64,000 nucleotides of DNA from Epiperipatus broadwayi (lineage: Eukaryota; Animalia; Onychophora), in contig JAQFVV010000002.1 in assembly GCA_028023455.1 (NCBI GenBank), forward strand, positions 8,990,001 through 9,054,000, written 5' to 3'. Under the pieces are notes generated by a model. That model was given only the letters and a program-made list of their open reading frames with translations. It made no database searches and was not told the origin of the DNA. How positions within the stretch are numbered: the stretch's first letter is position 1; each line of letters begins with the position of its first letter. Made by a program: the position numbers and the translations under genes. This document shows, one piece after another, positions 24,251 through 37,650 of the stretch.

Positions 24251-27200
24251 AAAGATGGGCTTTTTCTCTGTTAACCTTGGATCTGTTTAAAAGAATAAAT
24301 GATTTAAGGAGATAATTACTTGTAATGTATTTAATTTTAAAATAGATGACAATACAGAAAGCAACAAATAAAATTTTTAAAAGGTGAAATTACCAGTTTA
24401 TATAGAAAGCAAGAGTGACTTTTATTGATAAAAAATAGTAATCATTTAATTGATAAGTAGAATGTTTCAATAACTATAAAACATATTACCAAAATAGTTA
24501 GATTGATTTCTGAAGAGAATGAAAATCAATCTTTTTATTACTTATTTAAGACATGTTCTATTTCTAGTGATATATTACGATTTGGTTATGTAAGTGAGGC
24601 ACTATGTTATCATGACATTTTGAAGTGTATATTGTTTCAGGTGCTGCCACAACACATTTTTTCAAGGAGTTTACTCATCTACCTGTAGGGATCAGCAGAA
24701 GCAAGATGCAGTTTGAATGTTTGTTAAATTTTTTAGCCTCTAAAACTTAAAAGGGAGCAAGGTTTTATGTATTTATATTATGGGTGATTATTAATGGGTT
24801 GTAATTTGCTTAATAGAATTCAAACTGAGATAATTATCTTAGTGTTCATGCTTCCTTGTACATTTTAATGTCTTATAGTTAGATTTTTTTGAATCCTACA
24901 GTTGAGATTCGATTCATTCTTTTTACAGTTCAAAGTCAAGTCTTCCTCTGAACAGTGAAATTGTGCACATATGTGTTCAGTTTATTTAAATATTGCTATA
25001 TTTATAAAACAATATTTTTAAAAAATGACTAAAATGTATTAACACATATAGAAATAAATTAAAGTTAAAATTTTTGCACTGAGCATAGAAATAAGAAATG
25101 AAAAGTTACACTGTCACATTGCTTCATTTTGAAGGGAGGTGATTTGTAATAGAATAAATCCCATAGCAGCTTGCATTACTTTCTTTACAAAACTGCATGA
25201 TAAAAGGAAATTTTTTTAATAAAAAACTCTTATAAATTGAATAATAAATGTATAATTGTTGTATGTATGTGTGCACATGTACTAGATATAACATAAACAT
25301 CACTTAAATACACTGATTTAAAGTAGAAAGAAAAAATAGTTTATGCATTTAATTATACTGTTGGATATATTACAAGGAAAATGTACTTTGTAATAGATGA
25401 AAAGCCCTAAAGTGATAAGTTGTACTATGTAAAAAAAAAAAAAAATAGTTTTAATGTGCACAGGAATTTTGAATTGTATAGTTTATAAAAAAATGAGGCA
25501 TTTTGTACCTTTCTGGTTTGCCTTTTTGAATGGTATTTTTAAATAAATAACTTGCATAATCTTATAGTAAATTAAATGGCAAATCTAAATATGCTACTAA
25601 AAATTTGGAGTTACTAAAATTAAAAAAATTTTTGATCAATTTTTGAAAGTTGATAATCATTTTTTTTTCTTTCTTTTTATCACTAACATATATAACGAGG
25701 GAGGAAACTTTTATTATTTATTTAGTTGTCAAATAGCGATATAATTTTTAAATCTCTGTAAAATTATTTCCACAAGGTGTTGTAAATAAGTAATGAAGAA
25801 AATGTTTGTCAATAAATATATTAATGTATATGAACAAATGGTAAATTTTGTAATGTGCTTTTGATTATTTTACTGTTGGAAAACATCTGTGAGTACATCA
25901 ATAAATGTGTAAAATGCTTAACAGGAAACTACTCTAGCCTGTTTAAGGTCTTAACTCCAGAAACAATGTTGCAGTAATCCCATGAAGAGAAGAAAAACTG
26001 TTTTTAAAACAGTTTTCTACAGTAACTTGGATAGCCATATCTTGCTGACTGTTTATATTATTTTTAATACTTCATTTATAATAGCAAGTATTATGAATTT
26101 ATATAGTAGAAGACTATCTACTAAGTGTGGGTAGACACCTAAAAACACATCATCCAAAACACCCAGAGATGTAATCAGATCCAGAGATTAATGTTGAACT
26201 TTGCTACAATCAGCCATTGCCTGCTTTAATGATGCTGTTAAAAAAGAAATGGATTTTGCCTCCTATCCCACACTACAATATAACAATACCGATGCACTTA
26301 TTCAACATCATCAATGCCCAAGGATTAATAAATACTATCTTAGGATGAACTAATTAAGACTTTTATATTTAAAAGAATATTTGCAGAAATCATTGGTTTG
26401 GAACATTTTTAAACTTTGTACCTGGTAAAATCCTTATCAATATAATTATTCCAAGACTTTGATTTTAAAATATCTCTATTATTTTATTATCTTTAATATT
26501 TTGTATACACAATAATAGTTGCAAATATATATATAACAACAATTTTATATATTTATCATTAATAAATTAACTTATTTTGTATTATTAATACATTTTGTTT
26601 GTATTTGTTTATAGAACTCAATCCAAACATTATGCTATTAACAAACTTGTGCTATTAATATTTATAACTCTGCAATCATGCTATCCACAGGGGGATATGT
26701 AGGGATAACAGTAATAATTTATAAGTGGTAATGATCAAGCATGAATAAGTTTTCTAAAAGAAAACTTTCTATATACGTTTGGCACTTTAAAGTTTTTTTT
26801 TTTAAAAAAAAAAAAAAATTGAAACTAGAAAAACAAATTCAAAATATTTTTGTGAGGAATTGTTCTTAGTTTATCATTCAATGTTAGGTTATAAATCATC
26901 ATCATCATCACCACAAATGTTTGGTTTATATTACTATATATATTTGAATTTAATCATTTTTATTTTAGAATATAAATATTAATCATTTATAATTATTTAT
27001 CATAATTCAACTTGAGTCAAAATTTACCATAACATATTTGTATTGCATATTTGTATATTTTGGAAAAGCCTAAATTATCATTATAATATAGACATTTAAA
27101 TATCAAGCTATAATGTTCCTTTATTTGACTTTTCTCTTATTAATTTAATCTAAATTATGGATAAAATATAAAATAATTATTGTTAAAAGAGATTATTTGT

Positions 27201-30200
27201 CTCTATAGTTTGTTTATAAAAACATGGAATAAATATGTTATTAGTAAAAGAGTCTGTACAGCATGTTTATTTAAATGAATTCTGGAAATTTCTTAGAGAT
27301 AAATAAATTGAAAACAGATTATATTTAAAAAAGGAGAATCATTTAATTAAAAGGACAGTGTCACTTAACAGAAGTGATAGATATGATGAAAACAATGCAT
27401 TCAAAGCTCAGAACCTAGCAACAGAGCAATAGAATAGATTAACCCTAACATAAGCTCTTGCATGATGAGTGCATACTTGCTCCTGAAATTCACTTAATTT
27501 TCCCTTAACATTAGTACAATTATGCAATATATAATAATAACAGCAATAATAATAAAACAATGAAATATTAATATTAATAATAAAAAAATTTCAAATAACT
27601 ATTATAAAATGTAAAAGTATTTTCAGTTATTTCCATAACTATTTTCAACTGGAAAGCTTTATCAGTATAGCTTAATTTCCTGTCATCTAATTACTAATTG
27701 TTTAAGTATACATATAAAAAAATTCAATAAGTTAATTTCTACTGCAAGCCAACTTATCAGGACTTGATATTTCTTAAGGTCATTTTTGAAAACTTTTATA
27801 AGTCTTAATTATTTTAAAAATTATATTTAATATTTTTACACTAATGCTTTAAACCCATTATATGTGATAAATGACTTCAAATTGCTTAAATTAGATATAT
27901 TTTACCATGTACAGTAAGTTAATATTAAAACTATTAAAAGCTAAAATTATTTTAATATAGCTCCTAGTTTATTAAAATTTAATTTTCAAATAAAACTTTA
28001 ACTGAATTTAAATCTTTTATGTATTAGTATTTAATTTACTTGCTTATAAGAAAACATTTTTATTTAAGTCATATTTTTAATAAAAGTGTTCAGTAAAAAT
28101 AAAGTTAAAACCATGTTAATTAAAAAGATAAAGAGTTAATTTATTATTATTAAAAGCTATTAATTTTAAATAAAAGAAAGCATTAGTTCACATGTATGAA
28201 TGTGCTTAATTATAAATTTCAATTTCACTTTCTTCTTGGTAATATTCAAAAAAAGTTATTCTTCAATATTTGTTTAAAGAAATCTTATAAAAAATATACT
28301 GAAAACCTTCACCTTTGTTAAATATTATATGAGTGTTTAAAAGAGTAATGTAAATAAATGTTTTTTTTTTAAAGTAATTTATTATATATTTCATTTTATT
28401 ATTGTAATAATTTTAATTTTATAAATAAATAATTGTCTGGAAATGTAATATTAAACGATCTGGACAGTTATGTAAATGAGTTTATTTTAACATTGTTTCC
28501 TATGAGACAAATTAATTTTTGAACTGTAATAAATTGGGTCAAGTGAGAGGTGATCTAAAATGTTAGTTTTAATCATCAAAATCAATTACATGACCACTAG
28601 TATAAATGCCGAAGACCTTGCATGCATTTGCTTGCTATCACTATTATTATTACTTTTATACTTTTCTTTAATTATTTTTAATAATTCTCAGTTTAATTAT
28701 TTTTAATAAATTTTATTTTGTTAAAGTAATATGTATCTTTAAATAGGTTTTAATCCAAGTGCTAGACCTTTAAACTAAAGTTTATTGGAAGGTTTGAATA
28801 ATTATTCTTCAACAATTACTAAATTATTTTTATGCAGACTTAATACTTCAAGGAAATTTTTTATGGGTCTTTACACTTATGTAAGAACTTTTATTGATTC
28901 ACAATTTTTTATTTACAATAAACTTTATTATCAGTTCAATATTCTTTGTGCCATAATATTGATACTGTTAGAAACTATGCTTATGCAAAATTTTATAGCA
29001 GTTTTTAGTATTTTAAAATGCTTTTGCTTAATTATTGGAATATGCTGAAAAGAATAAGAAATTTATTAAAAGACTTTAAAATGTTTATTCATCAGCAACA
29101 TATATTTAAAAATATATTTATTTCAACATTGTCTTATATTTAAACAACTGTTTTCTTCAGAATAATTCATTATTTTAATGAATGGACTATTAAAATTCTG
29201 GATGGCAGAACCTATTTTATTAGTTTTGAGATGTCATTCTAATTATTTATTTGTTATCTTAGTGGCTGAATGAAAACATTCACTTGCAAAACTTTTAACT
29301 ATCTATTATACACTAGAGGTAGGAAAAATATATCCTAAGACTGTGAAATGGAAATTATTATCTTACTCTTTGGTTTAAAAATTATTGCTGAACTATTTTT
29401 GTTTAAAAATTAATATTCTATCATTGTAATGAAATATGTTCATAAAATTTACTATTATTGTCATTTAACTGCAGACTGTACTGAATAACTGGAATAATTT
29501 TATGTGTTATAAAAGAAATATAAAATATTTTTAAATGAATTCTTTTTCAAATTTATTATGCAATTAAGTTTTTATTACAAAGCTGCTTTACTATATGCCT
29601 CATTATTATCTTGTTATAATTATGAATTTTAAAAATACCTGCTCTATAATGAAATCTGGCATCAGTGAATTATATAAAAACTCTGAACCATTGTTCATCT
29701 ATTAAAATCACTCAGGAGTTCACTAGCTAAAAGAAATATAAAGAAAAGATTTATTATTGGGATTCTCAATTGGATAAGTCAGGATGTTATTATGTCATCC
29801 AATGGTCAGCATCATGAAATGAAACAAAGATAATGAGAAAAGGATTAAGTAATATATTTTGCAGTTTAATTATAAATAACATTAAAGAAAGATAATTCTA
29901 CCCATATTGAATAATGAGAATGGTATTATATATATATGAGTGTATTATATGTATATGTGTGTGTGTAGATGATGTTTTTATTTACAGTCCATATAAAATA
30001 ATTCCATTCATTTTTGAGAAACTGAATAATGCTCTGCATTTAAATTAATCAATTAAGCATGAAGGTAAAGAATGTATTAAATATCTTGATTGTTAATAAA
30101 ATGTAGTAGTAACATATTTAATTATAGTATACAAATAAAACATTAATATTAGAGCTCAAGGATTTAAATAAGTAGGATTCACAGTTTGTATAGAACTGAT

Positions 30201-30369
30201 GTAAAAAAAAATAATATTGATAAATAAATTGTCAAGTTAATAGATAAAGGTTACAACAAATACATATTGTCTGAAATTATTTTATAAGTTAAAATGGAAT
30301 ACAAATATAACTATCAAAAATAAATCTGTGATAGCTCTCCTATATATATCTTCAGTTTTAACAAAAATG

Positions 30370-31100
30370 CATTATTTTAATCTTTGAACATATCCTACAA
30401 CCTGTCTTATAAGTGTTTGTGTAATTGGAACTTCTCTTGTACTTTGACTTTTAACTATAATACAATCTATTAACTGCCATTGTTTTGCATATGGATTCAT
30501 CCATATTCCTATATAGTAGTTTTTTCTGTTTAAACAAAGTGTTTGTGATAGCCATTCCATGTGTTGTGCAAAAATTCTACAATAACAGACTATTTGAATT
30601 TTCAGCACCAATATCATTATTTTCAATAACATTTGAATAGTCTTCTGCTTCTGTTTATATTAACATGAGCATTAACGTCATCCAGAAGAAAAAAAATAGA
30701 TCTTTTTAATGGTATTGCTGTAATAATACTATCCACCAAGAAATAAAAGCCTTCTGACTTTGTATTCTATGAATCTAAGATTGGATCACAAGTATTAATA
30801 AAATAAGCAGTAATACCATTGTGCAATGAGAATTTTAACATTGTTAGCCTTTTGTCGATACAACAAGGAATACTAGGATACAAAATTAGATTTTACAGCA
30901 AATCCAATACCTTGCATTATCCTTTCACTAATCAAGCTGTCCTTTCAAAAAAGTTGCAACCATCTGCTTGTTCTGTTAAACTTCCTTCCTCTGGAAGATA
31001 TGAGTTTCACTAAGAGTAGCTATATTGATCTTAAATCTTAACAGCCTTTTAGTTAATAGTGCAGTCCTTTATTCTGGTGTTGAAGAGTTTGTATCTATAT
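30370..31100 (-). pseudogene. RTE (BovB-like) endonuclease remnant
   Basis: PE*RTALLTKRLLRFKINIATLSETH...EEGSLTE...GIGFAVKS...DVNAHV...FCTTHGMAITNTLF...WQLIDCI, across frameshifts. Confidence 0.75.
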
Positions 31101-31879
31101 TTAAGAAAAATAGATTAATATTTACATTTAATACTACTCCTGCCTCCAGTTTTATTTCATACTTTCTCTCACTGTAATCTAACCAGACTGCATGGGGCAG
31201 TCAATTTTTAAACTATATTTTCTAGATTCTTTCACTTCAATGATAGACAGAGGAATCTCTAAATAGGGCTGCTTAACAGTCAATCCTTGCCATATGATAC
31301 TTCTCTCTTACTCAAATTCAGTTTCAAACTGAGTCATTAATGATTGTACAGCATCAAGTAAGGAGACACCTAAAGAGTATCAATTGTCTAAGCCTATCCC
31401 TCCTATCATTGTTCTTGTTAACTTGATCTAAAGAAATGGAAAAGGAAATTGGAGTCAGAAATGTGTATATAGTTAAAATATAAAATACATTGCACAAATG
31501 CACAATTGTATTGTCACAATTAATATAAAAGATATTATAGATGAAGCAAAAGTCTCATGATAACTGTGCCTACAGTAATTTAAATGATTGAAGATGGAAA
31601 AGAAAAAGACAGAAAAAACTGTTTATATCAGAAACAGAATCTAGCCTTTGATGAACCAACATGTTTTCCTATATGGCAGCAGGAGATACTTTGGGCCTGA
31701 CATAGTTTATTTTACTCGCAGTTAAGGCATATATCTGAAAGTCATTCCACTATCTGCCACTTATGGAATCCATTTGCAGCCTGAGCAAAGCAATGGCTAA
31801 GGCTGCAGTAATTTTATGGAATATCATTATGATCCTTACAGTGATATACTTTTAAGGATTTTTTGGAATAGGTTGCTTC

Positions 31880-32650
31880 CAATCTTAGATGAATGCATAT
31901 CAATGACTAAATACAGTTTTAGAAAATCATGAAGAACTATAAACATTTTTATTGCCCAGCAAAAGCAAGAAATCTGTTGAATAAAAGAGTGAATCCTATA
32001 TTGGATTTTATTAATTTGGCCAATCAGTTTATGGTATTGTTTGAAATTGTTGGCTGTCCAGTAAAAATTATTTATATTATACAACTGTTACATGATAGAA
32101 TGAGAGAAAGTGTCATTATTATAAGTGGAAAATCTGAAACATTTAAAATGGAAACTATTAAAGAAAGCTGTGTAATTAATTCAATATTATTTTTAATTTT
32201 TATGATACTTGTCTTTGGAACTGTTTATAAGCAATTTAGTAAAACAGGGATAAAGATGTGATACAGGTTTGATATTGGAATTTTTAATTTTAATTGATTA
32301 AAAACAAAAACTTAATCTTCCTGGAGTCTGGATTTATAGCATGCTGATGATTGTGCTATTTGTCATTTCAAAAGATGATTTACAGAATGTGTTTAATGTT
32401 TTAAATACAACATTTAAAGACTTTGGTTTATTAATTATAATATGTTTAAAAAATTCAAATTATTTAGCAATCAGTGGTGGAAGAAAAATCCTAAACAACT
32501 TTAGTCTGGGTGGTTATAAATTTCAAAATGTAAACCAAATTAAATGCCATGCCAATATGATAGGAACTGGATGGAGTTATTGTGCTGCTACTATTTTAAT
32601 AAGTTTAAAGATAAAGTATTTCATCACAGAGAAAGTTAACTATATATAGA
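31880..32650 (+). pseudogene. RTE (BovB-like) reverse transcriptase remnant
   Basis: LFEIVGCPVKIIYIIQLLHDRM...SETF...ESCV...LFLIF, then ADDCA...DDLQ...FGL. Confidence 0.7.
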
Positions 32651-33034
32651 CCTGCTATTTTAAATAATTTATTGCATGGAAGTGAGTTTTTGATACCCTA
32701 TTGGTGTAATATAAAGGCATTAGAGAAATTTCTTTTAAGGATGCTCCATAAAATGTAAAAAATACAATGGCAAGATCATAAAACCAATCATTAGGTTCTT
32801 CAATTTTCTGGATGTTATACTATAGAATCCACTACTATAAAATCATTCCTTCATTGGATTAGATATTTAAAATGAATAAACAATACAAGACTGTCTTAAA
32901 AGGTGCTTAATGATAAACTTGAACATTGTTTTTGTGGGAGAGGTAGACCCTGATTACTTTAAAAGAGTTATCCCCAAAACATTCTAAAAAAGTGCAATAT
33001 TGATTGTTTTCAACTGGGCAAATAAGGCCAAGAA

Positions 33035-33117
33035 GTCAAGCATTGGTGGCCTAGTGGTTAGCATAGCTGCTTTCAAGCAGCTGGCCCGGGTTCGCTTCCC
33101 AGGTTTGAAAAAATAAT
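33035..33117 (+). mobile_element. tRNA-Gly(TCC)-derived retroposed copy / SINE relative (not a functional tRNA)
   Basis: GCATTGGTGGCCTAGTGGTTAGCATAGCTGCTTTCAAGCAGCTGGCCCGGGTTCGCTTCCC closely follows eukaryotic tRNA-Gly-TCC, but has a 6-nt anticodon loop and no 3' acceptor strand. A-rich tail; imperfect TSD aataaggc(ca/ag)agaa at 33021-33034 and 33118-33131. Confidence 0.7.
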
Positions 33118-33354
33118 AATAAGGCAGAGAATAGAATACACTGTAGTGCTATAATTACACATAGGGTTGAAGTATTTCAAAAAAGAGATTTCTGCACAAC
33201 AAATTAAAAGAAAACAGAATACCGGATATGTGGATATGTTTATCGTTTCCAAATTGGCTTGTATAGTATTGCAAAACCATTTCTAAAGGCTTCATTCTTA
33301 TTCTCTTTTCTTGGAGTTGGAATGGCTATTTACCACTGGATGCTTTATATATAT

Positions 33355-35903
33355 TGTACCATCTAGGGGTATTTCCCTACATCGCAACTTATAGATACAT
33401 AGGTATTTAAATTTTTTTAATCTGAATTTTAATTCATTATTTGATGTGAGGATTGCTGAATAATATTTTACTCGAGTTCAATATATGGCGCATTCTTTTG
33501 ATAAAACTCTACAGGCTGTTTTGTTTATTTTCTATTCTTAGTATAAATGTTTCTTACAAGAGACAGCAATTTGTGATTTGCTCTTCTGTGTATTCTTAGG
33601 AAACTAGTGAGATATTAAATTCATCAAAAGTGGAAGTTACTCATATTTTAAAAAAAGATAAAATTATGCACACGTTTATTTTTGATACAATGGGTGACAT
33701 ATATGTAGTTTGTAAATTTTGAATTCTAATAGATAAATGGCAAAAATCATGTAGAAATTGAAATAATTGTTTTGACATATTTCATTTTATTATGTCTTTG
33801 AGAATAAGCTCAAGATTCATTTTACTTTTTAAAAAAATAATAGTAATAAGTAAAGCAAACAGGAAGTACATATTTTTAAATACCGATAAAAAAATCAAAA
33901 CATCTCTTATTTTGAATTTTATTTTGTTGAATAAGACTGCTTATCCATACATCTTAATAAATAATAGACATGTTATAATTTCACAGGTATGAATTTATAT
34001 GTATGTATGTGTATGATTGAAGTTATTATAAAAAAATACTACTTATTATAATAATGATCATTCAATAAAGACTAGGAAATGTATACCTCGATCGGTGGCT
34101 GACAGTGATACAAAGAAAAACTTTATGCCAAAAAAAAGTTTTTTTTTTTTTAGTTTGTAGTAATATATATCCTTCTTTTATCATTTCCAAAAGGAAATCT
34201 ATACGATTATTTTTTAACCAATATTTTATTATAAAAGAGAACGCAATGTATATTATGAAATTGTTAACTAAGGAATTACATAGCATGGATTATTAAAAAC
34301 GAAGTTGACATCTGTTTTTAAAGACCACAAAACATGAATGGGGAGATTTAAACAACAATTGAAATATGGCCCCATCATGAAAAAAAAATCGTTTTTATTT
34401 TCACTAAAGATCTATCTGCAAGTGCATATGCATATATCTTGAATTCAATGCCAGTATTTATAAATAAAATTAATAATGCTATTATAAATACTAAAACATA
34501 ATATCGATGTATTACTGAAGGAATTATTGAATTGAACTGCAAAATTTTGATTTATATATTTATTTGTTATATCCATTGCCTATCTGTCAGAAGCAATCTC
34601 TTTTACACATATTGAGGAAAATATTCATTAATTTTGCATCATGTTTTGGATTATAAATATTATAAGAATACCCTGATAAATACAGTAATGGTTAAAATTA
34701 AAGATCACTGTAGTAGTGATATTAAATGAATCCTGCAGAAACTGACCACTGATGATGTTCAGTATTTCAAGAGTTCATATGTCAGTAGGATTTGAATTAG
34801 GGAATGCATGATGTGATAACTTTTTAAATTAAGCTAATATGTCCAGATATATCCATGATGAAACAAGGCATAAGTCTAAAAGATCATTTCATTGTAGTAT
34901 TATTATGCCATAGTTATGGTGTATTCAAGAAATTGCATGATTTGTTGCCAGTCTGATAAACTATAATGGATAATATGAAGGCATAAGTCTAAAAGATCAT
35001 TTCATTGTAGTATTATTATGCCATAGTTATGGTGTATTCAAGAAATTGCATGATTTGTTGCCAGTCTGATATTTTGAAACTTTGGATATTTAATGTCTTA
35101 TTAATGTTGTAGAATTTTTAAGTTCCATTTTAAGATTTTTTCTTATATATATATGCAACTAATCACTTCTTGTATGTCTGGTGATATAAAGAATAATTGC
35201 TTTAAAGCAAGGAATTAATTAGAGAAAATCATTTTAATTGATTGAGATTATAAATAACCATTGAGTAGATTTTATTATGATAATTTATTCAAACATGTTT
35301 TCCTCTATTTGTGCAACCTATACATTGTCTTGCATCATACATGGTTTAAAGACCCACATGATCACCACATCTTTGATATTCCATGACACATGTTACTTTT
35401 ACTTGTTCATTACTTATACAATGGAAATAAACTACCACCTTTGTTCTATTAACTACAGTTATGGATTGCACTTATTTTAATTCATAACAATAATAATTAT
35501 AAGCTATAGCCACAGAAGACATGGATAGATAAACTTTAATTGGCAAATAGTTTAGTATGAATTTCATTCACTTAACATTAGTTAGTGTTTATCTTTTGAA
35601 GACTAATATCTAATGAAGAGTTAGTACTCTTCATTATTCAATCCTATATTAGATTGTATTGGTATGAGTGAGAGATTAAAGTCAGCACACTCATATAAAA
35701 CTCTTAATATTTCAATATTTTGTATTTTATGAAATATTAAATCTGATTTGATATAATAGAGTCTCTATAGGAAGGCATTAAATCTATCAATTGTCTTACA
35801 TTCATTTGTCTGGTCACAGGATTCCTATTCTCAATCTATTTAATTACATTCATACAATGAATTTATTTTGATTAACTAGCTATCTTATTCATACCATTAC
35901 AGT
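33355..35903 (+). repeat. Diverged duplicated block, copy A
   Basis: Colinear with 37651-40285 from tgtaccatctaggggtatt to ...attacagt. Confidence 0.9.
34865..35071 (+). repeat. 94-bp identical duplication (period 113), present only in copy A
   Basis: aaggcataagtctaaaagatc...ccagtctgata at 34865-34958 and 34978-35071; single in copy B. Confidence 0.9.
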
Positions 35904-37650
35904 CTTTTGGTACCCAACTGCTTGTTTTGAATATGAACCACTAACATCTAAGATTAGTGTGAATTGTACATATATACTTTTAAACAAAAATTTTTTTTTT
36001 TTGGGGGGGGTAGTAATTTATTTTTTATATTCATAAAATATTATTGGCCATTTCAATAACATAATTGATTATTTCATCAAAGTGAAAATAAGGTACATGT
36101 ATTTTTAGAATCCTTAGGAGGGTACTTTCTTAGAAGCCTTAATTGATGAAGTTGATTCAAATATTGATGTCAACAATGAACTATTCTTTGTTAATAGTAA
36201 ATTATTTTCCTACACTGTTCATGATAGTTCTAGATAAGTTTTATTTGTATCTTTATTTTGTTAAATATTAGTATGGAGGTCACTAATTTAGAAGTAGGAT
36301 CTGAGCTAAGTATCTTAGACTCAGTGTGAATAATGCTCAACAAATTTGAAGCTCTTGAAAATAAAATTGGATAAATGAATGCTGAATTAAAAGTGAATAG
36401 AGAAGCTAGACACAAAGCTAAATTTGAATAGTCTGAAACTAATTTTAATATTATAAAAGTTGAAAGTAAATAATTTCCAAGTAATAATATGAGAGATGAA
36501 TCTATAATAACTGAGGTAGAGTTAGATGCTAAAAATATTATTATGAAACATAAGATAGAGTAACCAGTGACAGGTGAATTTGACAAATGTCTGGAAACTT
36601 ATCAATGTAGCAGTGTTAATATTAAAAATTATTTTGAAGCATTTCTTCGGGATATCCCCCTCCATATTTAATTAACAGCTACCAGAATGAACTACTCCCA
36701 TATAATATTAACCCCAGAGAAGAAAATTATCATAGCTATAACAGATCTTGGAGAAATTTTAATGCAGCTACTATGTTTAATTTGTTTAAGGTTAATTTAA
36801 GATATTCCCAAATTCTCAGTGATGAAAGAGACTATTGGGATAGAAAGCTTATTGGATGGAAAGTATTAAAACTTAAAGTGAATGAGATGAAAAGATTTAA
36901 TCCATTGTGTGTTAATAATAGTGATGAAGATAATAATATAAATTGGAAAATTAGATTTTATCACAAAAGGATATATCTTATTACTTTTAATGTTCCAGTG
37001 ATCCTTAACCATTGATTGGCTTTAGTATAGTTATAGATGTAAGATGAAAATATAAACTATAAATAAATATCAATTAAGTTTCAGTGAAGAGGAGTCATTT
37101 TATCTGGTATAACACCATTGTCTTTATATGCAGTCCAAAGTTTGAGCATGCTGTTGACCCTGTAGACATTCATTTTAGCTTAGAAAGGGACTTATTCCCC
37201 AAATAGCCTATCAAATTTAAAAGAAAAGTCTTAGACAATATCTACCCAAACATTTTATATGAATTATTTGTTTATGGATGGGATTGCTTAAAGTACCAAT
37301 CTAAGTCCTTTATTGTTTATGTATAATTCAAATAAGAATTCACTTATATATTTTTTTGTTCAAAATTGTATTGAAAAGGATTAGATTCCTACTATAAAGA
37401 TGACATCATTCAAATGTTAAATACAAGTGAATGAATGATAATAGATATAATCTGCATGCTAGTGAAATTACCACTATAATTAAAATAATCATAAAACAAT
37501 GAATTATGTTAGTATAATACATATAATACATGCAGCCTAAAGCCAGTCTCATTGATAAACTCAGTATGAAATTTTATCATCTATATAAATATTAATAGTT
37601 TTTGTTTAATAATATCATTATAGAAAAAAAATTGTTGCAGTGGGAGGATA

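Noticed and set aside
24640-24750. Possible exon AATTHFFKEFTHLPVGISRSKMQF
   Set aside because: No recognisable homology and no clear donor.
27383-27486. C/D-box snoRNA (ATGATGA...CTGA)
   Set aside because: No terminal stem, and the boxes are expected by chance in AT-rich DNA.
33040-33107. Functional tRNA-Gly gene
   Set aside because: The anticodon loop has 6 nt, the 3' acceptor strand is missing, and the A-tail and TSD-like flanks indicate retroposition.
34738-34760. Permuted hammerhead (GAAA...CTGATGA)
   Set aside because: Too little sequence between the boxes to form the required stems.
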